Source: a virus
Length of the DNA: 41,802 bases
Direction: 5' to 3' (one strand)
Virus record (IMG/VR): IMGVR_UViG_3300026549_000013
Span: 1 to 41,802 of that record
Of the stretch, positions 34,446 to 41,802 are shown one piece after another; within the stretch, counting starts at the first letter, position 1; each line of letters begins with the position of its first letter. A program made the translations under genes and the position numbers. The notes beneath the pieces are model-generated. The model searched no databases, was not told the origin of the DNA, and saw only the letters and a program-made list of their open reading frames with translations.

Positions 34446-34646
34446 ATGTACGCAAAATATGTAGCGCTGAGAGATGCAAAAGGGATGAAGGACGCCGAAG
34501 TCGCGAAAGCGACGGGGATTCCGAAGTCTACATTCTCAGATTGGAAAGCGGGACGAAGCAATCCTAAGGCAGAGAAGATGATGAAGATCGCGGACCTGTT
34601 CGGGGTCCCACTGAATTATTTCTACCAGGCGGAAGCGGTCCATTGA
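34446..34646 (+). CDS. Cro/XRE-family HTH regulator (66 aa)
   Basis: MKDAEVAKATGIPKSTFSDWKAGRSNPKAEKMMKIADLFGVPLNYF is a classic XRE HTH. Confidence 0.8.
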   Translation: MYAKYVALRDAKGMKDAEVAKATGIPKSTFSDWKAGRSNPKAEKMMKIADLFGVPLNYFYQAEAVH

Positions 34647-34716
34647 TTAAGGATCGCATCCGCCGGAAGCGGGGTAATAGATTGATAAGAAAAAATTCAT
34701 TCTGGGCGCCGCTTTA

Positions 34717-34887
34717 ATGGTGGGCCTGGACAAACAAAAATTCATGAAACACTGCGGAATCCAGTCGGCGACATTTGACAGACGGATGAAGCGGCCGGAC
34801 ACGATCACGCTGGGCGAAATTAGAGTGATGTCCAGTGTGGCCGGCATGACGGATGAACAGATTGTAAAACTGGTAAGAAACAAATGA
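34717..34887 (+). CDS. Small HTH-like protein (56 aa; start uncertain)
   Basis: The frame is open from 34681. FMKHCGIQSATFDRRMKRPDTITLGEIRVMSSVAGM looks HTH-like. ATGA coupling to the next gene. Below the track cut-off. Confidence 0.4.
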   Translation: MVGLDKQKFMKHCGIQSATFDRRMKRPDTITLGEIRVMSSVAGMTDEQIVKLVRNK

Positions 34888-35150
34888 GCGCATGTGACAA
34901 ATGCATGCATAAGGCTGAGTGTTTTGAACAACGCGGCCGATGTGCATCATTCATAACAGTAAAGCAGTACAAGAAGGAAAGGAAGAAAGACATTGCGATG
35001 CTCAATCAAAAACATCAAGCTTCCGCCTGCGCCGGCAGCGACGCATTCGAAACGGATCGCGGATCCGCGGGAAGACGCAGAGGTATTGAGAGCTGTGCGG
35101 AAAGAACAGATGATCCGGAAGGCGCGGGAAGAAATCGAGAACAGCGATAA
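34884..35150 (+). CDS. Cys-rich small protein (up to 88 aa; 3' end doubtful)
   Basis: The N-terminal MSACDKCMHKAECFEQRGRC looks genuine. The Arg/Gly-rich tail overlaps the next ORF by 158 nt. Confidence 0.4.
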   Translation: MSACDKCMHKAECFEQRGRCASFITVKQYKKERKKDIAMLNQKHQASACAGSDAFETDRGSAGRRRGIESCAERTDDPEGAGRNREQR

Positions 35151-35472
35151 CAAGAAAAGGCCGAGAGTGCAGACAGCATTGACAAAGGCACAGCGCAAAA
35201 AGGTAGTCGAGATGTGGAAGGCGGGAAAGCAGGGAAAAGAGATCGCCGAAGCAATCGGAATGGACGTGTCAAAAACCTTCGCGGCGATCTATCAGCTGCA
35301 GACACGCGGACTGATCGAGAAAAGGAACAAATACAACAAGGTCGACCAGGAAGACATCCTGAAGGAACTGAAAACCGGTAAGACAGTCACACAGACAGCC
35401 AAAGACCTGAACATAACGCGAAGAACGGTCCAGAGATGGAAACGGATATTTGAGAAAGAAGGGAGAATATGA
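34993..35472 (+). CDS. Double-HTH DNA-binding protein (159 aa; start uncertain)
   Basis: TTG 34993 follows a purine-rich RBS; alternative ATG at 35110. Two HTH units: KKVVEMWKAGKQGKEIAEAIGMDVSKTF and ILKELKTGKTVTQTAKDLNITRRTVQRWKR. Confidence 0.6.
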   Translation: MRCSIKNIKLPPAPAATHSKRIADPREDAEVLRAVRKEQMIRKAREEIENSDNKKRPRVQTALTKAQRKKVVEMWKAGKQGKEIAEAIGMDVSKTFAAIYQLQTRGLIEKRNKYNKVDQEDILKELKTGKTVTQTAKDLNITRRTVQRWKRIFEKEGRI

Positions 35473-35630
35473 AGACATTAGAAGGATGTGCATTAACAAT
35501 CGGGATGATCTTTTGCGGATCCGCGATCGACAGCGCAGTCGAGACGCCGATGAATTTCGGGATCTATCTTTTGATCTTCGGCGCGACGATGGCTGCGGCA
35601 TGGGTGCTGGCACATGGTAGACACGTTTGA
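35469..35630 (+). CDS. Small membrane protein (53 aa, two hydrophobic segments)
   Basis: My translation: MKTLEGCALTIGMIFCGSAIDSAVETPMNFGIYLLIFGATMAAAWVLAHGRHV. ATGA coupling. Confidence 0.45.
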   Translation: MKTLEGCALTIGMIFCGSAIDSAVETPMNFGIYLLIFGATMAAAWVLAHGRHV

Positions 35631-35835
35631 TTACAACGACCCGAAGATCTTTGAGAAGTCGCTCCTGGAACACATGGAGAAGTATGACAAGGCCGTGAAA
35701 GAGAAAGACGGCGGGCAGTCATGCTATCACCGGGGAGCGATACAGAGCATGGAACACAGGCTGATGTATGGATTCAACTACACAGCGGACCAGATCAGAA
35801 AGGTAAAGGAAGGAAGACAGGATGATCAAGATTGA
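35614..35835 (+). CDS. Hypothetical protein (73 aa)
   Basis: ORF track. Confidence 0.5.
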   Translation: MVDTFDYNDPKIFEKSLLEHMEKYDKAVKEKDGGQSCYHRGAIQSMEHRLMYGFNYTADQIRKVKEGRQDDQD

Positions 35836-36079
35836 TATGAACAACAAAGTTATCGTGATTGAAGGCGATGTGGGAACAGTGATCTCAGAAATGGCGATGG
35901 CGATGTCTGCGATATGCGAGGCAGGTGTCATTGAAGGAAACGACGAATACAAACAGGATCAGGCAAACGCGGCTGTCTATGCGACAGTGAAAGCAACACA
36001 GGGATGGTTAAAGGATATTTATGATAAGGACATCGACCTGGAGAAAATAGGGAAAGAACTTATAAAAAATGCAGAATAA
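35822..36079 (+). CDS. Hypothetical protein (85 aa)
   Basis: ORF track. Confidence 0.5.
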   Translation: MIKIDMNNKVIVIEGDVGTVISEMAMAMSAICEAGVIEGNDEYKQDQANAAVYATVKATQGWLKDIYDKDIDLEKIGKELIKNAE

Positions 36080-36224
36080 AAAAACGGCTGACATAAGCCA
36101 GCCGCAGCCCGAAGGCCAATCTTCCCAAAGAAATGGTATCGGATCGGGCGGAATTTGTCAACACAGGAAGGGCAAAGAAGCCCGTTTTTAAGTCCATAAG
36201 ATTATTATTTCTAGGATCTTACAA

Positions 36225-37049
36225 ATGTATAAACAGAAAAAATATCGGTATTCCAACATCATCGATGTGGTCGAATACCATTCTGCGAAGTACGGAGCGC
36301 CAGGGGAGAAGAGGCAGGCGAAGACGAAGCCGACGCCGGCAGCGGTAAGGAAACAGAATCAACGTAGACGCGAAGAGAACGCGGAGAGGATGATCCACGC
36401 CAACTTCACGGAAGGGGACCTTGTCAGGACACTGACATTTGCAAAAGACAAACGTCCGGCCGACATGAAGGAAGCACAGCAGATCTTCCGGAACTTCTAC
36501 AACCGATTGCGGAAGGCATACCGAAAAGAAGGCTTTGAACTGTGCTGGATGGCAAACATCGAATGCACAGAGCGGAACGCCTGGCACGTCCATATGATCT
36601 GCAACAGGATCAAGGGCGCGTCAGAACTGATTAAGGACCTGTGGTTCGAAATGGGCGGCGTCCATGACCAGATCCTGAAGGACCTGATCCGAAGCGGAAA
36701 GAAGCTGGGCGCCTACATCACCAAAACGCCGGAAAGCACAGAGACTGGCGAACACAAGGTAACGGAAGCCAAATTCTCACATTCGCGCAATCTTGAAATA
36801 CCGAAAGCAGAAGAAAAGGTCATAAGCGGCTGGAAGATGACCGACAAGCCGCGGCCGCCTAAAGGATTCTACTTGATCAAAGAATCATATTTTGAAGGAG
36901 TCAACGAAGAAGGCTATCGATACAGACGCTACAAATTCGCAGGCCCGCCACGGCCGCCAAAGGAATGGAGACTACAATGCACACACACATATATATCTCA
37001 CTGTCGAGCAAAGCGCCGAAAGTCCAGGACCGGACGATCGGCTACCTGA
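36225..37049 (+). CDS. HUH-superfamily rolling-circle Rep-like initiator
   Basis: Three ordered motifs: RTLTF (motif 1), WHVHMI (HUH) and GAYITK (catalytic Tyr, YxxK). Confidence 0.6.
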   Translation: MYKQKKYRYSNIIDVVEYHSAKYGAPGEKRQAKTKPTPAAVRKQNQRRREENAERMIHANFTEGDLVRTLTFAKDKRPADMKEAQQIFRNFYNRLRKAYRKEGFELCWMANIECTERNAWHVHMICNRIKGASELIKDLWFEMGGVHDQILKDLIRSGKKLGAYITKTPESTETGEHKVTEAKFSHSRNLEIPKAEEKVISGWKMTDKPRPPKGFYLIKESYFEGVNEEGYRYRRYKFAGPPRPPKEWRLQCTHTYISHCRAKRRKSRTGRSAT

Positions 37050-37420
37050 TCACAGCCGAGAAGAGAGAATACAGCAAAGAAGACTATACGATCGTCGAAG
37101 CGTCGTGGCAGCGGGCGTTCCTGATCGCGGTGAACGCGGCGCTGGACAGGTTCAATCCGTCGGTCCCGTGTGAGATCACTATCCATATGCCGGACAGGGG
37201 AATCGTCGCAGACTTCAACAAGAGCCTTCCGGACAGATGGCAGATGAACGCATGGCGGAACAAGCGCGGGAAGGAAATCCAGAACAGGGACCAATGGCAG
37301 AAGCTGTACAACCAGACGTACATGGCCAGAAGATGGAAGGTGGAGATGATCTTCGACATTCACAAGTACATGAACTATATGGATCAACAGATGGAAAGGG
37401 CGGAAGACAGGGCAGTATGA
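36965..37420 (+). CDS. RNase H-like fold protein with apparently degenerate catalytic residues
   Basis: A hand alignment to E. coli RNase HI matches IGYLIT, FLIAVNAAL, ITIHMPDRG and WQMNAWRNKRGKEIQNRDQWQKL. The positions of Asp10 and Glu48 are not acidic. Confidence 0.5.
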   Translation: METTMHTHIYISLSSKAPKVQDRTIGYLITAEKREYSKEDYTIVEASWQRAFLIAVNAALDRFNPSVPCEITIHMPDRGIVADFNKSLPDRWQMNAWRNKRGKEIQNRDQWQKLYNQTYMARRWKVEMIFDIHKYMNYMDQQMERAEDRAV

Positions 37421-37953
37421 CGGACGAAATGATCAGACAGAGGATTAAAGAGTCAGAAGAGACGCTGAATGTCTGCCAAATGTGCGGAAACGAAGCGGGC
37501 GCCAAAATGGCGCAAGACAGGCTGCGGACACTGAGAGAGAAGCTGACGGGGGGACCCGAAGCGATAGAAAAAAGAAAGGAGATCGAGACGATGACAGGAT
37601 GCTGCAGATTTTGCGGCCAGTACATCACGGTGGAAGCAGATCCGGATACGCCGGAAGCGATGCTGAATGAGCTGGCCACAAGGAAATGTAAATGCGAGGG
37701 GGCGGAGATCTATGCGTGGAAGCTGTCAACATTGGAAGTGTTCGGGCAGGACCTCGAAACGGTATTCGGCGACGATAAGCAGGACATCAAAGAGATGCTG
37801 ATGGAAGCGGGACAGATGATCGTGAATGGAAAGATCATGTCGATCAGAGTGAAACAGGAAGAAGGAAAGACGCTGGGCCTGAAAATGAAGAAGAAAGGGC
37901 TTTGCATCACGGTCGAGCAGAAAAGCACGATGGAGAATATCAGTTATGGATGA
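37417..37953 (+). CDS. Hypothetical protein (178 aa) with Cys pairs
   Basis: ATG 37417 is ATGA-coupled to the upstream gene. CQMCG and CCRFCG motifs. Confidence 0.55.
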   Translation: MTDEMIRQRIKESEETLNVCQMCGNEAGAKMAQDRLRTLREKLTGGPEAIEKRKEIETMTGCCRFCGQYITVEADPDTPEAMLNELATRKCKCEGAEIYAWKLSTLEVFGQDLETVFGDDKQDIKEMLMEAGQMIVNGKIMSIRVKQEEGKTLGLKMKKKGLCITVEQKSTMENISYG

Positions 37954-38293
37954 GATGCTTTTTCCAAAGACGCAGAAAAAGAAGAAGACACAGCATCACG
38001 GAAAAAGCATCATGCCAACATACGGCGGATGCTGGCTGTGCAGACATCTGTATGACGATGACCGGCCGAAGGTGACGGAAGAACATCACATTTTCTTCGG
38101 GCCGAACAGGGCGAAGTCGGAAGAATATGGATTTAAGACGGCACTTTGTGTCTTCCATCACAGGACAGGACCGAACGCGGTCCACAAGAACAGCCTTACA
38201 TGCAGGATCCTTCAACAGGCGTGCCAGGCGGAATTCGAGAAGACGCACACGCGCGAAGAATTCGTGCAGATCATCGGAAAAAGCTATTTGTAG
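37946..38293 (+). CDS. HNH-like / DUF968- or NinG-like nuclease (115 aa)
   Basis: CWLC...EEHHIFFGPNRAKSEEYGFKTALCVFHH...VHKN pattern, from memory. Confidence 0.5.
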   Translation: MDEMLFPKTQKKKKTQHHGKSIMPTYGGCWLCRHLYDDDRPKVTEEHHIFFGPNRAKSEEYGFKTALCVFHHRTGPNAVHKNSLTCRILQQACQAEFEKTHTREEFVQIIGKSYL

Positions 38294-38403
38294 CTAACAA
38301 TCCACGCATAACACATTGATAACAAATGCTCATGTTATTCTTTGAATCTCTGATTTTAAAAATACAAAACGGCGGTAGCGTGGGCCGCCGGGAAAGGGGG
38401 AGT

Positions 38404-38637
38404 ATGAAGAACCTGGATTATCTAAGGACACTGAACGCAAAGAAGATGGCGAAGTTCCTGACGGCCTTCGGCGCTGAGATGGTCAACTTCTGCGACATCT
38501 GTCCGGATCGGGACAGATGCGAAGTAGAAGACTGCAAATACACGGGACGGAATGACGAAGAAGCCTGGGAACAGTGGCTGAATGCTGAGCACAGTCCTGT
38601 GCTGGAAGGGAGCATGAATGAAATTTTGTCCGATTAA
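38404..38637 (+). CDS. Small Cys-containing protein (77 aa)
   Basis: ATG 38404 after GGGGGAG. The track ORF from 38326 is a 5' extension. Confidence 0.5.
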   Translation: MKNLDYLRTLNAKKMAKFLTAFGAEMVNFCDICPDRDRCEVEDCKYTGRNDEEAWEQWLNAEHSPVLEGSMNEILSD

Positions 38638-38779
38638 CGACTGCAACGGAGATAAGCCGTCGAGATGCTGCGCAGACTGTCCGGAAGAAAAATGTCCGGA
38701 CAGATGCAGAAGAGAACACAGGTCATGCCCGTTATGGGTGGAAGGACAGGAAAGGATGGAAAAAGACAGATGGGATTAG
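38618..38779 (+). CDS. Very Cys-rich small protein (53 aa)
   Basis: My translation: MKFCPINDCNGDKPSRCCADCPEEKCPDRCRREHRSCPLWVEGQERMEKDRWD. Confidence 0.4.
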   Translation: MKFCPINDCNGDKPSRCCADCPEEKCPDRCRREHRSCPLWVEGQERMEKDRWD

Positions 38780-39195
38780 CAATAGCATTTATCATTTGCG
38801 CACAGCTGGCATCGATAACGATGCAGATCGTAGTAGGGACTGTGCTGCATGAAAAGATTCAGAAGCTACGCGGTGAGCAGTACACGATCTGGAAGAATCA
38901 GAAGAAGATCATGCTGAAACAGCTGGACACGATACAGACGACAGGGAACATCCAGAACGAGCAGCTCAAAGTCGTACTGGAACAGCTGGTAGCGAGGATC
39001 GAACAGGAAAAGGATGTGTCGGAATGCTATGAGAAGATCGAAGAGATCACACGGCTGACGCTGGATCACGCGAACGCAGTCGAAAGAGAGAACGAAAAGC
39101 TGAGAAGAGAGACGGAAGTGATCGCGCAGGCGGCAGCGAAACTGCATGAAGAGAACAGAAGATTCAGAGAAGGGAGCAACGGCGATGAGATTTGA
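38770..39195 (+). CDS. Membrane-anchored coiled-coil protein (141 aa)
   Basis: ATG 38770 after GGAAAGGA. MGLAIAFIICAQLASITMQIVVGTVL TM helix, then a coiled coil. Confidence 0.55.
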   Translation: MGLAIAFIICAQLASITMQIVVGTVLHEKIQKLRGEQYTIWKNQKKIMLKQLDTIQTTGNIQNEQLKVVLEQLVARIEQEKDVSECYEKIEEITRLTLDHANAVERENEKLRRETEVIAQAAAKLHEENRRFREGSNGDEI

Positions 39196-39694
39196 GAAAG
39201 TAAGCTACGACCAGTTCGCGGCTGATATAGAAAAGTGGATGCCTGAAATGAGCAAGATGCTGTACAAGCGATTTTATGACAGGGTAACGCTGCCGAAAAG
39301 GCAGACAGCCGGATCCGCGGGATATGATTTCGTTACACCGGTCAGGATAATGCTTGAGCCTGGGCAGCAGGCCGTGATCCCGTCGGGGATCCGCGCAGTG
39401 TTCAGCGACGAAGAGCTGGAAACATGGCATTTAGAAGTGTTTGTGAGGTCAAGTCTTGCGATCAAGAGAGGATTGAACATCATCAATCAGGTCGAGATCA
39501 TCGACGCGGACTACTTCCAGGGCGAAAACGGCGGCGACATTCTTCTGGCATTAAAAAACACTAATAGAAAAATCATTGACATCGCACCGGGAGAGAGAAT
39601 ATGCCAGGGAATCTTCAAGATCCACGGATTGACATCAGATGATGACGCAGAAGGACACAGATCCGGCGGAGTAGGAAGCACAGGGAAGCAATGA
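39185..39694 (+). CDS. dut: dUTPase (trimeric type)
   Basis: GSAGYDF, IIDADYFQGE and RSGGVGSTGK motifs. Confidence 0.85.
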   Translation: MRFEKVSYDQFAADIEKWMPEMSKMLYKRFYDRVTLPKRQTAGSAGYDFVTPVRIMLEPGQQAVIPSGIRAVFSDEELETWHLEVFVRSSLAIKRGLNIINQVEIIDADYFQGENGGDILLALKNTNRKIIDIAPGERICQGIFKIHGLTSDDDAEGHRSGGVGSTGKQ

Positions 39695-39879
39695 CTGTAT
39701 GGATGTACGTGACAATGGACAAATATGAGCTGCCGATATACGTAGCAGACAGCGCCAAAGAGCTGGCACAGCTTGTCGGCACAAAAACAAAACATATTCA
39801 TTCGGCGATCTGGCACGCCGAGCAGCGAAACGGCCGTTGTAAATACGTCAAAGTAAACATTGATGATATCAACGAATAA
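39691..39879 (+). CDS. Hypothetical protein (62 aa)
   Basis: ORF track; ATGA coupling. Confidence 0.5.
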   Translation: MTVWMYVTMDKYELPIYVADSAKELAQLVGTKTKHIHSAIWHAEQRNGRCKYVKVNIDDINE

Positions 39880-39945
39880 GTTGATGGAAAGACAAGTATC
39901 TTGGTCAAAAACAAATAAATGACGAAGACACAAAGAGGAAGTAGG

Positions 39946-40623
39946 ATGAACAGGAAAACGGACATCGTAAAAATGCTGCAGGAAATGTCCGGCAAATACT
40001 CGACATATGAGATTTTCACAGACTGGATCAGATGCATGGCATTATCGATCGAGCAAAGCACACATTTCATCAGGGATCAAGAATGGCATCGTCGGGAACG
40101 TGACTATATCAACACGATGAATAAATATTCATACGACGAACGGATGAAGCTTGCAGTGCTGACAGGACTGTTGATCGAAACGCTGGAAGAAGGACCGGAC
40201 GACATTCTGGGCGACGTTTACATGAAGGCAGACATGGGATCAAAGGCAGCGGGCCAATTTTTCACGCCTTTTCATCTTTCGGAACTGTGCGCGAGAATCG
40301 GACTGATCGGAATGATCGAGGAATACAAAGAAGGAAAGCTGGACAAGATAACGATAAATGAGCCGGCATGCGGTGGCGGGGCCATGATCCTGGCAGCGGC
40401 GAAAGTAATACACGAAAGCGGAATCAACTACCAGACAGCGATGGAAGTTGTCGCACAGGATATTGACTGGAAAGGCGTTTATATGTGCTATGTGCAGCTG
40501 TCACTGTTAGGGATCAGCGCGATATGCGTGCAGGGAAGCACGCTGGAAGAGCCTTATGATTCATCAAGGACTGAAAAGTCGCACATCCTGAGAACGCCGA
40601 GAAAGGCAGGACTGCTTGTATGA
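39946..40623 (+). CDS. N6-adenine DNA methyltransferase-like protein lacking the catalytic (D/N)PP(Y/F) motif
   Basis: GQFFTP (motif X) and INEPACGGGAMIL (motif I) are present. The ORF stops before any NPPF/NPPY. ATG 39946 follows GAGGAAGTAGG. Confidence 0.6.
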   Translation: MNRKTDIVKMLQEMSGKYSTYEIFTDWIRCMALSIEQSTHFIRDQEWHRRERDYINTMNKYSYDERMKLAVLTGLLIETLEEGPDDILGDVYMKADMGSKAAGQFFTPFHLSELCARIGLIGMIEEYKEGKLDKITINEPACGGGAMILAAAKVIHESGINYQTAMEVVAQDIDWKGVYMCYVQLSLLGISAICVQGSTLEEPYDSSRTEKSHILRTPRKAGLLV

Positions 40624-41684
40624 TAGACGACAATTTCATGAACGAAGTCATATATGCGATAGCACCGTATGTTGAGAACAGAGATCTGAGCGACATAAGG
40701 ATGCGACTTGCGATAACATTGAGCAAATACGATGTGAGAAAGCAGGAAACAGAACTAATCCCGTATGAGGGGGATGTGAACATAGAGATCCTGAAGCGCT
40801 TCCTGATGGCGAAGACGGCACGCGGCCTGTCGAAAAGAACGCTGGAACTTTACAAAAACTCGATATCGATGACGCTTGCCAAAATAGGAAAGCCATATTC
40901 ACAGGTGACAGCTGATGACGTCAGGTTGTATCTCGCGATAAGAGTAAATCGGGATGGAGTCAGTAAAACATGCGCAAACAATGAGCGCCGGAACCTGTCA
41001 GCATTTTACACATGGCTGCAGAAAGAAGAGATCTTGATAAAGAATCCAATGGCGAAGGTGGAGCCGATCAAGGAAACAAAGAAGAAAAAGAAGGCATACA
41101 CAAACATGGATCTGGAGAAGATCAGATACGCCTGTGAAGATGAGATGGACAGGGCGCTGGTTGAAGTCCTGATCTCAACATGGGCGAGAATTTCCGAAGT
41201 CGCAAGCATCAAGATAAGCGACATCGACGGAAACAAGATAATGGTCCACGGCAAAGGCGACAAATACAGAATGGTGTATTTGACAGCAAAAGCCCAGCTG
41301 GCGATCAATGCATATCTTGAGAAGAGAAATGATAATGCGCCGCTTCTTTTCCCCAAAGGCCGCCAAGCGAAAGAGCTGATAAAGAGCGGGATGGAGCGCA
41401 AAGATTTACATCTGTGGTGGATGTATCCGGAAAACATATCAGAAGGAGAAAGAGACGCGGGATCACTAGAGGCGCGGATCCGCAAGATCGGGAAGCGTGC
41501 AGGCGTCGAAAACGTACATCCGCACAGATTCAGAAGGACTGGCGCAACGATGGCACTCAGGGCCGGCATGCCGCTGATGGAAGTGTCGCAGATTCTGGGA
41601 CATGAAAGCGTGGGGACCACACAGATCTATCTCGATATAGACAATCAGCAGCTGGAAAGCACGCATGAGAAATATGTGATCTAA
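40620..41684 (+). CDS. int: Tyrosine recombinase / integrase (XerC/D-like)
   Basis: SAM-like N-terminal domain. WARISEV (Arg I), HPHRFRRTGAT (HxxR) and GHESVGTTQIYL (catalytic Tyr). Confidence 0.9.
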   Translation: MIDDNFMNEVIYAIAPYVENRDLSDIRMRLAITLSKYDVRKQETELIPYEGDVNIEILKRFLMAKTARGLSKRTLELYKNSISMTLAKIGKPYSQVTADDVRLYLAIRVNRDGVSKTCANNERRNLSAFYTWLQKEEILIKNPMAKVEPIKETKKKKKAYTNMDLEKIRYACEDEMDRALVEVLISTWARISEVASIKISDIDGNKIMVHGKGDKYRMVYLTAKAQLAINAYLEKRNDNAPLLFPKGRQAKELIKSGMERKDLHLWWMYPENISEGERDAGSLEARIRKIGKRAGVENVHPHRFRRTGATMALRAGMPLMEVSQILGHESVGTTQIYLDIDNQQLESTHEKYVI

Positions 41685-41802
41685 GGAGCGGGACATGAAG
41701 AACAAAATGATAGACCTCAATAATGTGCTGTTTGAGCAGTTGGAACGGCTCCAGGACGATGAAGCCATGAAGGACGACCAGAACTTCAAAAGAGAGATTG
41801 AA
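41676..41802. repeat. Terminal overlap, exact copy of 1-127
   Basis: Read directly. 41695-41802 repeats the 5' part of the CDS at 20-271. Confidence 0.95.

Noticed and set aside
34193-34561. 122-aa minus-strand ORF spanning the switch region
   Set aside because: It runs through the rightward promoter and the 5' end of the Cro-like gene in AT-rich DNA. Its product is hydrophobic low-complexity sequence. The region is better explained as regulatory.
34647-35005. Three overlapping minus-strand ORFs (34647-34931, 34714-34950, 34820-35005)
   Set aside because: They are mutually overlapping and antisense to plus-strand frames that are translationally coupled to their neighbours and read as HTH and Cys-rich proteins.
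36133-36348. 71-aa Arg-rich ORF overlapping the start of the Rep-like gene
   Set aside because: Its C-terminal RRGRRRRSRRRQR is an out-of-frame reading of the Lys/Glu-rich Rep N-terminus. It has no RBS.
1-41802. Looked for tRNA/tmRNA genes, CRISPR arrays, and toxin-antitoxin, retron or second DGR target loci
   Set aside because: The non-coding gaps are short and show no cloverleaf-compatible sequence or spaced direct repeats. The TR 3' core (aattatggtggcgccctttg) occurs only in the TR and in the one VR, as far as I can see by eye. A computational scan (tRNAscan-SE, minced, BLAST of the TR against the genome) should confirm this.

Overview
The window is one complete, circularly closed tailed-phage genome. 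Bases 1-127 are identical to 41676-41802, so the unique length is 41675 bp. It looks like a temperate siphovirus of a Gram-positive, Clostridia-like host. The host call is an inference from AGGAGG-type ribosome-binding sites (RBS), the holin and the amidase/GH73/SH3 endolysin.

Layout:
- 20-6566 (+): early genes, mostly small and many Cys-rich, plus an HNH homing endonuclease and a RinA/ArpU-like late activator.
- 6657-10569: packaging module with two small-terminase candidates, an HNH/P-loop fusion and TerL.
- 10573-15852: HK97-type portal, prohead protease, capsid and connector genes.
- 15866-27244: tail module with major tail protein, G/GT chaperone with an A_AAA_AAC -1 frameshift, a 1586-aa tape measure, Dit, a Tal-like protein, a second major-tail-protein paralogue and a tail fibre.
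- 29325-32281: lysis module.
- 32362-34004 (-): six-gene reverse-strand cassette driven from a divergent promoter/operator switch at 34139-34351.
- 34446-41684 (+): Cro-like regulator, HUH Rep-like protein, RNase H-like protein, dUTPase, a methyltransferase-like protein lacking motif IV, and a tyrosine recombinase.

The outstanding element is a diversity-generating retroelement (DGR) at 25433-28813. A 137-bp template repeat (TR, 27324-27460) differs from the variable repeat (VR, 27095-27231) at the 3' end of the tail-fibre gene at 7 positions. All 7 are TR adenines in AAY codons. A reverse transcriptase follows, and I see no Avd-like accessory gene.

Other points worth follow-up:
- the duplicated major tail protein gene next to the DGR target
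- the autoregulated-looking cassette of small acidic proteins plus an HTH protein
- a metallo-beta-lactamase (MBL)-fold domain inside the endolysin
- a recurring palindromic junction motif in the early region

No tRNA, rRNA or CRISPR array was seen. All family names are from reading motifs by eye; no database search was run.
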